Shown here in pieces: positions 14,126 through 28,252 of a stretch of DNA of 64,000 bases. This DNA comes from Eledone cirrhosa (taxonomy: Eukaryota). Made by a program: the position numbers and the translations under genes. Each line of letters opens with the position of its first letter. The stretch's first letter is position 1. The stretch is from positions 82,646,001 to 82,710,000 of the forward strand of contig OZ024744.1 in assembly GCA_964016885.1 (NCBI GenBank), given 5' to 3'. The notes below the pieces were generated by a model. It was not told the DNA's origin and ran no database searches. It saw nothing but the letters and a program-made list of their open reading frames with translations.

Positions 14126-14621
14126 TGCTGGATTAATACAGCAACGATCACTCAACCACCCTGAGCTTCCTCTTTACATATTATCCCTTCCACTCACTAC
14201 CTATATTATCACTTTGTGAACACTACATCTTATCCAGTTCCTTATATAAACACATGCGTTCTATATATACATTTTTTCCCCCAGGTTTATTTATTAATTT
14301 CATTTGATTTATACTAAACCCCCTCTTTTTCTACCATACTTCTAACACATACACACCCACCACCTTCTTTCTGTTCTCTACCTTTACCCAGATCACTTTA
14401 TAACCACATACCTTTATCCAGACCTATTTACAAGCATGTACTTTCGACAACAATTTATACTCATCTTTTCCCCATCACCTGTTCATTTTATATTATATTA
14501 TTTTATTTTAGTTATACTCCCCATGTCCTTACATATCCACTATGTTTTTAAGTGTACTCACATATCGTTGTATGTGGGCGCATGTGTGTGCGGACATATG
14601 TGTACATACACATATATATGC

Positions 14622-14720
<99 letters not shown>

Positions 14721-14822
14721 AATGAAGTAATTCCATCGGAAAAGTCCAGGAAAAAAGAGTGCTCTATGTAAGCAACAGAGCTTAATTATTATTATTATGT
14801 AATAAACAACATAAGGCAATTA

Positions 14823-14882
14823 TTCCATTTACCAGTGGTTTCTTAAAAGCAAAAGGTTTTGCTTTCAATCCTCAGAATGAAA
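14823..14882 (-). ncRNA. Type I hammerhead ribozyme (inverted copy)
   Basis: Reverse complement of 14958-15017. Confidence 0.8.
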
Positions 14883-14957
14883 AATCCTGGTTTGTTTATT
14901 GAATATGGATTCATATTCAATGAATATGAATCCATATTCAATAAACAAACCAGGATT

Positions 14958-15017
14958 TTTCATTCTGAGGATTGAAAGCAAAACCTTTTGCTTTTAAGAA
15001 ACCACTGGTAAATGGAA
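14958..15017 (+). ncRNA. Type I hammerhead ribozyme
   Basis: UUUCAUU-CUGAGGA-UUGAAAGCAAAAccUUUUGCUUUUAA-GAAA-CCacuGG-UA^AAUGGAA. Confidence 0.85.
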
Positions 15018-15046
15018 TAATTGCCTTATGTTGTTTATTACATAAT

Positions 15047-15096
<50 letters not shown>

Positions 15097-15548
15097 ATAT
15101 GTATGTGTTTGTATGTGTGTGTGTATGTATGTGTGTATATGTATGTATATCTATGCATAACTGTGTGTGTGCAATTATTTATATAAGCATATATATATAT
15201 ATATATATGTATATAAATATATATATATATTTATATGACTATTTGTATATCTATAATTATAACCTTTTGCGCGTGTATCTGTGAGTATAACCTTGCACAT
15301 ATTGGTGTCCTCATTTGTTTATATACGATTACCTTAATTGTCCGTGTGTGTGCGTGTGCATATATAGTTTGTCTGCCTATATGTATGTATACACGTGCAC
15401 GCACTTGTATGTGTATATATGTATGCATGTATATATACATATGTGTGTGTGTAGATATATTATTGTGTGTGTATATGTGCGTGTGTGTTTATGTCCTCAC
15501 ACTTTTATTGTGTACTTGTATTTGCGTGTGAAGGCATATACACACATA

Positions 15549-15582
<34 letters not shown>

Positions 15583-16466
15583 GTTATACATGGGGAGGGT
15601 CATATTGTTGTAATAATATTTTCAGAAATAATAACAGAAAACACTCACTGTTTGGTTGGTTTTCGCTTCTGTATCTTTTATATCTCCACAGTTAATTCAT
15701 TTGGCCATCAATATTTATCATTGACTGACCAACAGTAAAAAATACAGATATAATATAGACACAAACACATATATATAGTCTAACAAAGTTCTTTCGTTGC
15801 ACATCTGCAACATCGTCAGTGGTGCTATTATTATGTTCCTCCTGTTGTATTGTATATCTACGCCATTTTTATTTAATCTGTTTATTTATTTATTTATTTA
15901 TTTATTTATTTTCGTCTTCTGCTTTGCGCATGCGTTTGCGTGTGTGTATAGTGTTTGGTGTGTGTTCGCGTTTCGGTGACTGTATTTTGGTTATTGTATT
16001 CTATCCTAGTTTATTAGTCTGTGTTTATATGTGTTTCTTGTTATGTGCTTGTGTATATATTTATTTATTTATTTATATTTCTCTTAAGTCAGTATTGTTT
16101 GTTTGGGTGTTGTTGTTGTTTCATTCATTTTTTTCTGTTTAGCTTTGGCCTTCTAAGCTCTATTTCGCTTGCCTCTCTGATTTGCCTATCTGCTGGGTCA
16201 TTGCTATGTTTAGATATTATTTTAATTTCTATGTTGTCTATGTTACCGTCATGTTATATATATATATATATATACATATGTGTATGTACGCGCGTGTATT
16301 TGTATGTGTATGTATGCGTGTGTGTGTTTGTACGTATGCTATGTCCACTTCCTTATGTTGTGTACGTGCGTACGTATATTTTTGAATGTATACGCATAAT
16401 TTATAATTGTATAAGCTTGTGTCGGTATGTCATTGGCCATATATGTGTATGTGTGTATATATATGC

Positions 16467-16630
<164 letters not shown>

Positions 16631-17136
16631 GTGTGTGTTAGTGTATGTATGTATATATATATATAGTCCTGGCTTCTATTTCTAAGTTTCCATTTTAATT
16701 TGCATATCACAATGCAACAGCACAGCACACCATTTTTTATTCCTATATGCCTTTCCCTTCGCTGTGACCTGTCTTTTGCACTTCCCTTACTGCTATCCTC
16801 TTTCTCTCTCCCCCTTCTCACTCCTTTTTTTCTTACTTTCTTTCACCCACTCTGGTAGTCCCCCTCTCTTGGCTAACCTCTTCCTCGCACTTTCACTCAC
16901 TCACTCTCTGCTATTCACCCTCTCTCTCACTTCCTCCATCGTCCCATACCGTGCGGAATTCTTTCCTCGCTTACATTTCGCACGGTTAAGATGTGTCTTT
17001 CGTCTTCTCGTCAATATTTGCAAGTTCTTATGTTCAAATGAATCATTGACTTGATTTTCTCATTTTTTTCCCCTCTTTACGTTGCCTCACCATTCGTGTT
17101 TGTTTATCTGTCCCTCTTTCTCCACCCAATTCTGTT

Positions 17137-17239
17137 TATCCCAATAACTTATTTTAGTTATTGTTCGCGCTAGCCTGAGGTATCTGGTCTTTAATGCGAA
17201 GAAATACATATGATGGCTAGTGACCACTGATGATGTATA
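17137..17239 (+). ncRNA. Candidate permuted/pseudoknotted hammerhead-like RNA with kink-turn, copy 1
   Basis: GGUAU-C^UGGUC ... GAAAUAC ... GACCA-CUGAUGA, plus CUAGCC/GGCUAG, UCGCG/UGCGA and AAUAACU/AGUUAUU pairings. Confidence 0.7.
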
Positions 17240-17710
17240 GTCCAGGCTTCTATTTCTAATTCTTCATTTTAATTTGTATATCACATTTGCAACATCACAG
17301 CACGCCATTTTTCATTCCTATATGCTTTACCCTTCGCTGTGACCTGTCTTTTTCTCTTCCCTTACTGCTATACTCTTTCTCTCTCCCCCTTCTCTCTTCT
17401 TTTTCTCTTACTTTCTTTCACCCACACTGCTAGCCCCCCCCCTCTCGGTTAGCCTCTTCATCATACTTTCACTCACTCACTCTCTGCTATTCACCCTCTA
17501 TCTCATTTCCACCATCGTCCCACACCGTGCGGAATTCTTTCGTCGCTTACTTTTCCCACGGTTAAGATGTGTCTTTCGTCTTCTCGTCAATATTCGAAAG
17601 TTATTATGTTCAAATGAATCATTGACTTGATTTTCTCATTTTACCCCTCTTTACGTTGTCTCACCATTCGTGTTTGTTTATCTGTCCCTCTAACTCCACC
17701 CAATTCTTTT

Positions 17711-17814
17711 TATCCCAATAACTTATTTTAGTTATTGTTCGCGCTAGCCTGATCTATCTGGTCTTTAATGCGCAGAAATACATATGATGGCTAGTAGACC
17801 ACTGATGATGGATA
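17711..17814 (+). ncRNA. Candidate permuted hammerhead-like RNA, copy 2
   Basis: Same layout. Stem I UGGUCU/AGACCA, closing UAUCC/GGAUA, one C-C mismatch in stem III. Confidence 0.62.
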
Positions 17815-18272
17815 TTCCTGGCTGCTATTTCTAATTCTTCATTTTAATTTGTATATCACATTTGCAACAACACAGCACCCCATTTTTCATTCCTATATGC
17901 TTTCCCCTTCGCTGTGACCTGTTCTTTTCTCTTCCCTTACTGCTATACTCTTTCTCTCTCCTTCTCCCTCTTACTTTCATTCACCCCCTCTGCTAGTCAC
18001 CCTCCCTCGGCTAGCCTCTTCCTCACACGTTCATTCACTCACTCTCTGCTATTCACCCTCTCTCCCACTTCCTCCATCGTCCCACACCGTGCGGAATTCT
18101 TTCGTCGCTTACTTTTCCCACGGTTAAGATGTGTCTTTCGTCTTCTCGTCAATATTTGCAAGTTCTTATGTTCAAATGAATCATTGACTTGATTTTCTCA
18201 TTTTTCCCCTCTTTACGTTGCTCCACCATTCGTGTTTGTTTACCTGTCCCTCTTTCTCCACCCAATTCTTTT

Positions 18273-18373
18273 TATCCCAATAACTTATAGTTATTGTTCG
18301 TGCAAGCCTGAGATTTCTGGTCTTTAATGCGCAGAAATACTTATGATGGCTAGTAGACCACTGATGATGGATA
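18273..18373 (+). ncRNA. Candidate permuted hammerhead-like RNA, copy 3 (more decayed)
   Basis: Same layout. The 5' strand of stem III is mutated (GAUUU). Core CUGAUGA and GAAA are intact. Confidence 0.55.
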
Positions 18374-18792
18374 TTCCTGGCTGCTATTTCTAATTCTTCA
18401 TTTTAATTTGTATATCACATTTGCAACAACACAGCACCCCATTTTTCATTCCTATATGCTTTCCCCTTCGCTGTGACCTGTTCTTTTCTCTTCCCTTACT
18501 GCTATACTCTTTCTCTCTCCCCCTTTTTAATTTGTATATATATATATATATACATATATATACATATTGTGTGTGTGTGTGCGTGTGGCTACGGTATGTC
18601 ATATATCAAATCATATATTCGCAGTACCTTTGAAATATGTATAATAAAGTATATATTTTGGTTATGTGAATATTTTTCATTTGTTAACATTTTTAATAAT
18701 ATTAAAAACTCTAGGAAATTCCACTGTTGAGTGCTTCTAATTTATTGTAAAATTGTATTCGTTAGTAATCGACGAACCATAATAACCTATGG

Positions 18793-18856
<64 letters not shown>

Positions 18857-19199
18857 TAAGGGTTTAAATCAAATCATATACGATACGTTTATGTATAATA
18901 AACATACGAGCGTCTCGTTATATGCAAATGATCATCGCCAGCCAATGTTTCATTTAGGCTTTAGTCTATTTTGTCTCAGTAGTGAGTAAGTAAATGCCAG
19001 TGATGACTGGTAAAACTCGAGAAATAGGTATCTGGTATTCTTACAGCTACTAAGATAGTTGTGACACGATCACTACCTTTAATCCTGACTTTTGTTTGTA
19101 TTTATTATACATAAACACATCGTATATGCTTTCATACACATCACTTTATTGAAACACTCTATTTGTTTGTCACTTCTAATTACACTGGTCAACACACTT

Positions 19200-20062
19200 T
19201 TTGCTGACTTAGGTTTTGTTGTTTTTAGCTATTTTTGAGATGGTGATTTCAAATAGGCCATCCCGTTGTTCCCAAAACATCACTTTTGTCTTTCGCTCGG
19301 CTATCCCATAAACCTAGGAAAGTCGAATATTTTGTATACCATCCTTGTTGGTCAAGTAGAAAGTTTACCAAGAATCTCCATTCATGAGGATCATACTGTA
19401 TAGCACCCATCGCTTTTAACATTTCCGCCACGTCACACCAGTAAACAAAATCTTTTTCAGTTTTAAAGAATGTTAAGAGATCTTTTTTCCTGTTCCGATA
19501 AAAAGTTACATTTGTTTCTTTCTGCAGCATATTCTTCTCCTTAAGTCTAGAAGCTAACAGTTCTGATAACTCTTTTGACCGGCCTAAGTCTCTAACTAAA
19601 TCGTTCAGTTCTGTCTGGCTGAAGTTTTCACGTTCCTTGGCTGCTGCATCTACAAATAATTTTGATCTGACACAGATATATCACTTTCATCTTCCAGTGA
19701 AGGTGACTTTCTATAAACAGGTACTGGTACTTCACCTGAGTGAAGCTCGGGACAAATTTCTGAATCCAGATTTGGGTAACTTATTTTCTGTCGAGTTTTC
19801 TTTCCAGAAGACTTTGTAAGACAAAAGTAACAATCTTCTGCATGGTTCTTTGGCTCCGGCCATACCATAGGAATGCCAAATGCTAGTTGTTTCCTTGTGC
19901 CCTTTGTCCATTGGAGCAGAGTTTCGACATATGGTTTACATACATTGTGCGGGGTCCACGATTTATCCCGATCACCAAGTTTAAGCTTAAAGCAAGCCAA
20001 GTATGCTCTTTTCACAAATTCACTAATGTTCATTCTTTGACTTGGCACTGTAAAACTACCGC
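19200..20062 (-). pseudogene. Decayed DNA-transposon transposase-like ORF with Cys-rich N-terminus (internally deleted)
   Basis: LGDRDKSWTPHNVCK, FGIPMVWPEPKNHAEDCYFC, FSQTELNDLVRDLG, ELLASRLKEKNML, EWRFL. This is a widespread invertebrate family usually grouped with Tc1/mariner-like elements; the subfamily is uncertain. Confidence 0.65.
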
Positions 20063-20454
20063 CTGCATACATAGGTGCATATATACATACATAAATAAAT
20101 ACTTATATACATACATGCATACATACATGCATACATACATACATACAAATATACATGCATACATACATGCATACATACATACATACAAATATACATGCAT
20201 ACATACATGCATTCATGCATGCATACATACATGCCTTCATGCATTCATGCATGTATACATGCATACATACATTTATGCATGCATTCATACATGTGAGTGT
20301 GTGGATTTGCATGTTTTACTGCGTAAATATGCATATTGATGCATATACAATACATCATTAATGCACACACACTCACTCGCAGTTATAATGTCAGATATGC
20401 ATGTCCAACTCTCCTCTTTCACACACATATATATACACACACACACACACACAG

Positions 20455-20492
<38 letters not shown>

Positions 20493-20674
20493 TTAATGAT
20501 ACATACAAACATAGACACTAACATACACACACACATATATAAATATACACAATCATAATCATACATATATATATATATATACATATACATACATATATAT
20601 ATATACGTATACATACATACACATACATACATACATTCATACATACATACATACATACATACATACATACATTT

Positions 20675-20748
<74 letters not shown>

Positions 20749-21017
20749 GTACATACATATATGTACACACAGACATCTATTATTCACATACTTCATACAT
20801 TTTGTTTTTTTAACTTCTTTCCCTATCCTTACGCCATTTTCTTTATCTTACCACCGTTCCCTCAATCTGCTCTCCAACAATGACCTGCTCTCTTCTCTCC
20901 ATTTCTACTTAAAATATCATACAGAAACTATATGACCTCGCTTGTTTACATTTTCTTTAAGAATTCAATTACATTTCTATTTGGATTCTTCACTTTTATT
21001 CCTTTTATTATTATTAC

Positions 21018-21905
21018 AGGGTCGGTGGGTTGGTAGTAAGGGTAGAGGGTCGGATGCCATGTTTTGCAGCAAAGAGTTACGGTCGTTTATAGTCTGAGTT
21101 CAAATCCCGCCGAGGTTAACTTTGCCTATCATACGTACGGGGGTCGATAAAATAAAGTACCAGTAATACACTGGGATAATTGCTGGCCTTTTGCCAAAAG
21201 TAGAAACAATTATTATTAGAGGGTCGGTCGCCATGATTTGACGCATTGAGTTACGGCCCTTGCCATTCTGAGTTCAAATCTTGCCGAGGTTAACTTTGCC
21301 TTTCATCCTTACGGAGTCGATAAAATAAAGTACCAGTAATACACTGGGGTAATAGCTGGCCTTGTACCAAGAGTAGAAACAATTCTTATTATTATTACTT
21401 TCTTTCTAGGGCGGTGGATTGGCAGTATCAGTAGAGGGTCGGACGCCATGCTTTCCAGCATAGTTACGTCCCTTTACGATCTGAGTTCAAATCCCGCCGA
21501 GGTTGACTTTGCCTTTCATCCTTACGGGGTCGATAAAATAAAGTACCAGTAATACACTGGAGTAATAGCTGGCCTTGTGCCAAGAGTAGAAACAATTCTT
21601 ATTATTATTACTTTCTTTCTCTTTTCATTTAACGTCGATTTCTTTCTAGACTTTCCTTCACAAAACATTCACTCATTCTTATTCAATATTTCATTCTCTG
21701 TCACCATTCTGTGTCTGGGATTAGCAGTATTGGTAGAGGGTCGGACGCCATGCTTTGAAGCATGGAGTTACGTCCCTTTATGATCTGAGTTCAAATCCCG
21801 CCGAGGGATTTGAATTTACCTTTCATCCTTACGGGGTCGATAAAATAAAGTACCAGTAATACACTGGAATAATTGGTGGCCTTGTGCTAAAAGTAGAAAC
21901 AATTA
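21018..21905 (+). mobile_element. Cluster of four co-oriented Nin-domain SINE copies
   Basis: Copies at ~21018-21213, 21219-21385, 21409-21600 and 21716-21905. Each has gagttcaaatc and gtcgataaaataaagtaccag. Confidence 0.85.
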
Positions 21906-21935
21906 TACTAAACTATCTAAGCTATCCTCTTCTTA

Positions 21936-21991
<56 letters not shown>

Positions 21992-22125
21992 ATATATATA
22001 TATACTATATACACACGCATGCACGTACAAACACATACACACACATACACATACACACACATATACACGTACATATTTATATATATATGTACATGTATAT
22101 ACATATAAATGCATACACACACACT

Positions 22126-22161
<36 letters not shown>

Positions 22162-22569
22162 CATGTATATATGTATATATATATATAAGTGTGTGTGTAT
22201 GCATTTATATGTATATACATGTACATATATATATAAATATGTGCGTGTATATGTGTGTGTATGTGTATGTGTGTGTATGTGTTTGTACGTGCATGCGTGT
22301 GTATGTGTGTGTGTGTATTTATATGTAGGTGTGTATGTGTTTGTGCGTGTATGTGTGTGCATGTGAGTATGTTTGTGTATGTGTATTTGTGTGTATGTAT
22401 GTGTGTATGTGTATGTATATGTGTGTATGTGTATATATGTATGTGTGTGTGTGTGTGTATTTATATGTGGGTGTGTATGTGTGAGTATATGTATGTGTGA
22501 GAGTGTGTGTGTAATCATTACCTATTTCTCTATTTCTTCCTTCATTGTTTCCTTCCTTGCTTCTGTCTC

Positions 22570-22571
22570 TC

Positions 22572-22610
<39 letters not shown>

Positions 22611-24030
22611 CATATATATATATACACTCACTCTCACTTTCATACACACACATACACACAGACATACTCAGAGACATACACATACATATATACACACTCT
22701 CTCTCTCTCTCACTCAATCTCACATACACATACACACATTAACATACATATATACACACATACATATATACACACATACACACATACATATATCCACTCT
22801 TTCTCTCTCACTCAATCTCACACACACATACACACATACACACATACATATATACACGCCCTCTCTCTCTCACTCTCTCTCACACACACATACGCACATC
22901 CACACATACACAGACATACACACATATATATGGATATATGTATGGATATATGTATGTGTGTATGTGTGGATGTGTGTGTGAGATTGAGTGAGAGAGACAG
23001 AGAGAGTAGATATATGTATCTCTCTCTCACTCAATCTCACACACACACACATACACACATACATATATCCACTCTCTCTCACACACATTCACACACACAT
23101 ACACACATACACACACATACATCCACTCTCTCTCTCTCAACATACATATATCCACTCTCTCTCTCACTCAATCTCACATACATATATACACACATACACA
23201 CATACATATATACACTCCACTCTCTCTCTCACACATTCACACACACATACACACATACACACATACACACATACATATATCCACTCTCTCTCTCTCACAC
23301 ATTCACACGCACATACACACATACACACATACATATATACACTCTCTCTCACACACATTCACACTCACACTCACACATACACACATACACACACACATAT
23401 ATACACTCCACTCTCTCTCGCTCAATCTCACACACACATACACACATACATATATCCATTCTCTCTCTCACACACACATTCACACACACATACATACATA
23501 CACACATACACACATACATATATCCACTCTCTCTCTCTCACACACATACACACACACACACACACATACACAGATACATATATCCACTCTCTCTCACACA
23601 CATTCACACATACATACACGCATACACTCATACACATACATATATCCACTCTCTCTCACACACATTCACACTCATACTCACACATACACACATACACACA
23701 CATATATATATATACACTCCACTCTCTCTCTCACTCAATCTCACACACACATACACACATACATATATCCACTCTCACTCACACAGTCACACATACACAC
23801 ATACATATATACACTCTCTCTCTCACACACACATTCACTCTCACAGTCACACATAAACACACACATACACACAGACATATATCCACTCTCTCTCTCACAC
23901 ATTCACTCTCAGTCACACACACACACACACACACATACATATATCCACTCTCTCTCACACACATTCACACACACACACACATACACACATACATATATCC
24001 ACTCTCTCTCTCACACATTCACTCTCACAG

Positions 24031-24071
<41 letters not shown>

Positions 24072-24528
24072 CAAACATATATACACTCTCTCTCACACAC
24101 ATTCACTCTCACAGTTACACACACACACATACACACATACACACATACATATATCCACTCTCTCTCACACACATTCACACACACACACATACACACATAC
24201 ACACATACATATATCCACTCTCTCTCACACACATTCACACACACACACACATACACACATACACACACATATATCCACTCTCTCTCACACACATTCACTC
24301 TCACAGTCACACACACACACATACACACATACACACACATATATCCACTCTCTCTCACACACATTCACTCTCACAGTCACACACACACACATACACACAT
24401 ACACACATACACATATACATATATCAACTCTCTCTCACACACATTCACTCTAACAGTTACACACACACACATACACACATACACACATACATATATCCAC
24501 TCTCTCTCACACACATTCACTGTCACAG

Positions 24529-24562
<34 letters not shown>

Positions 24563-24971
24563 ACACACACATACACACATACACACATACATATATACAC
24601 TCTCTCTCACACACATTCACACACACACACACATACACACATACATATATCCACTCTCTCTCTCACACATTCACTCTCACAGTCACACACACACACACAC
24701 ACACACCCACACACACACATACACGCAAACATATATACACTCTCTCTCACACACATTCACTCTCACAGTTACACACACATATACACACATACACACATAC
24801 ATATATCCACTCTCTCTCACACACATTCACTCTCACAGTTACACACACATATACACACATACACACATACATATATCCACTCTCTCTCACACACATTCAC
24901 ACACATACACACATACACACATACACACATACATATATACACTCTCTCTCACACACATTCACTCTCACAGT

Positions 24972-25002
<31 letters not shown>

Positions 25003-25941
25003 ACATACACACATACACACATACATATATACACTCTCTCTCACACACATTCACTCTCACAGTTACACACACACACATACACACATACATATATACACTC
25101 TCTCTCACACACATTCACTCTCACAGTTACACACACACACATACACACATACACACATACATATATCCACTCTCTCTCACACACATTCACTCTCACAGTC
25201 ACACACACACACTCACACATACACACATACATATATCCACTCTCTCTCACACACATTCACACACACACACACATACACACATACACACACATATATCCAC
25301 TCTCTCTCACACACATTCACTCTCACAGTCACACACACACACATACACACATACACACACACATATCCACTCTCTCTCACACACATTCACTCTCACAGTC
25401 ACACACACACACATACACACATACACACATACACACATACATATATCAACTCTCTCTCACACACATTCACTCTCACAGTCACACACACACACACAGACAC
25501 ACATACACAATTACATATATCCACTCTCTCTCAGACACATTCACTGTCGCAGGCACACACACACACATACACACATACACACATACATATATACACTCTC
25601 TCTCTCACACATTCACTCTCAGTCACACACACACACACACACACATACATACATCCACTCTCTCTCACACACATTCACATACACACACACATACACACAT
25701 ACAAATATCCACTCTCTCTCACACATTCACTCTCACAGTCACACACATACACACACACACACACACATACACGCAAACATATATACACTCTCTCTCACAC
25801 ACATTCACTCTCACAGTTACACACACACATACACACATACACACATACATATATCCACTCTCTCTCACACACATTCACACACATACACACATACACACAT
25901 ACATATATACACTCTCTCTCACACACATTCACTCTCACAGT

Positions 25942-25972
<31 letters not shown>

Positions 25973-26389
25973 ACATACACACATACATATATACACTCTC
26001 TCTCACACACATCCCCCTCACAGTTACACACACACACATACACACATACACACATACATATATCCACTCTCTCTCACACACATTCACAATCACAGTCACA
26101 CACACACACACATACACACATACACACACATATATCCACTCTCTCTCACACACATTCACTCTCACAGTCACACACACACACATACACACATACACACACA
26201 TATATCCACTCTCTCTCACACACATTCACTCTCACAGTCACACACACACACATACACACATACACACATACACACATACATATATCAACTCTCTCTCACA
26301 CACATTCACTCTCACAGGCACACACACACACACACACACATACACAATTACATATATCCACTCTCTCTCACACACATTCACTCTGACAG

Positions 26390-26435
<46 letters not shown>

Positions 26436-26840
26436 ACATACACACATACATATATACACTCTCTCTCACACACATTCACACTCATACTCACACATACACA
26501 CATACACACACATATATATATATACACTCCACTCTCTCTCTCACTCAATCTCACACACACATACACACATACACATATCCACTCTCACTCACACAGTCAC
26601 ACATACACACATACATATATACACTCTCTCTCTCACACACACATTCACTCTCACAGTCACACATAAACACACACATACACACAGACATATATCCACTCTC
26701 TCTCTCACACATTCACTCTCAGTCACACACACACACACACACACATACATATATCCACTCTCTCTCACACACATTCACACACACACACACATACACACAT
26801 ACATATATCCACTCTCTCTCTCACACATTCACTCTCACAG

Positions 26841-26891
<51 letters not shown>

Positions 26892-27289
26892 CAAACATAT
26901 ATACACTCACTCTCACACACATTCACTCTCACAGTTACACACACACACATACACACATACACACATACATATATCCACTCTCTCTCACACACATTCACAC
27001 ACACACACACATACACACATACACACACATATATCCACTCTCTCTCACACACATTCACTCTCACAGTCACACACACACACATACACACATACACACAAAT
27101 ATATCCACTCTCTTTCACACACATTCACTCTCACAGTCACACACACACACATACACACATACACACATACACACATACATATATCAACTCTCTCTCACAC
27201 ACATTCCCTCTCACAGTTACACACACACACATACACACATACACACATACATATATCCACTCTCTCTCACACACATTCACTCTCACAGT

Positions 27290-27322
<33 letters not shown>

Positions 27323-27852
27323 ACATACATATATACACTCTCTCTCACACACATTCACTCTCACAGTTACACACACACACACACATACACACATACATAT
27401 ATCCACTCTCTCTCACACACATTCACTGTCGCAGTCACACACACACACACACACATACACACATACACACATACATATATACACTCTCTCTCACACACAT
27501 TCACTCTCACAGTTACACACACACACACACATACACACATACATATATCCACTCTCTCTCACACACATTCACTGTCGCAGTCACACACACAGACACACAC
27601 ACATACACAAATACACACATACATATATACACTCTCTCTCTCACACATTCACTCTCAGTCACACACACACACACACACACATACATATATCCACTCTCTC
27701 ACACATTCACTCTCAGTCACACACACACACACACACATATACATATATCAACTCTCTCTCACACACATTCACTCTCACAGTTACACACACAAAACATACA
27801 CACATACACACATACATATAACCACTCTCTCTCACACATTCACTCTCACAGT

Positions 27853-27883
<31 letters not shown>

Positions 27884-28076
27884 ACATACATATATACACT
27901 CTCTCTCACACACATTCACTCTCACAGTTACACACACACACACACATACACACATACATATATCCACTCTCTCTCACACACATTCACTGTCGCAGTCACA
28001 CACACACACACACACACACATACACACATACACACATACATATATCCACTCTCTCTCACACATTCACTCTCACAGT

Positions 28077-28109
<33 letters not shown>

Positions 28110-28218
28110 ACATACATATATACACTCTCTCTCACACACATTCACTCTCACAGTTACACACACACACATACACACATACATATATCCACTCTCTCTCACA
28201 CACATTCACTCTCACAGT

Positions 28219-28252
<34 letters not shown>

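Larger units (their letters stand above)
14720..15050. mobile_element. Fold-back element with two hammerheads in opposite orientation
   Basis: Arms ~14790-14919 and ~14921-15050. (TA)n flanks. AGCACTC on minus at 14757-14763. Confidence 0.8.
16664..18527 (+). mobile_element. Tandem array of ~560-575-bp pyrimidine-rich units (3 full + 1 partial), family C, retrozyme/pLTR-like
   Basis: Units start at ~16664, ~17238, ~17813 and ~18372. Microsatellite flanks, no ORF. Each full unit ends in the structured RNA motif. Confidence 0.85.

Noticed and set aside
17170-17233. Reading the motif as a SECIS element or box C/D snoRNA
   Set aside because: The AUGA side of the K-turn is on the 3' strand, opposite to SECIS. 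UGAUGA is at the 3' end with no downstream D box and terminal stem. The hammerhead-core reading explains more of the conserved bases.
21018-21905. A/B boxes as tRNA genes
   Set aside because: No cloverleaf; they are SINE heads followed by the Nin domain.
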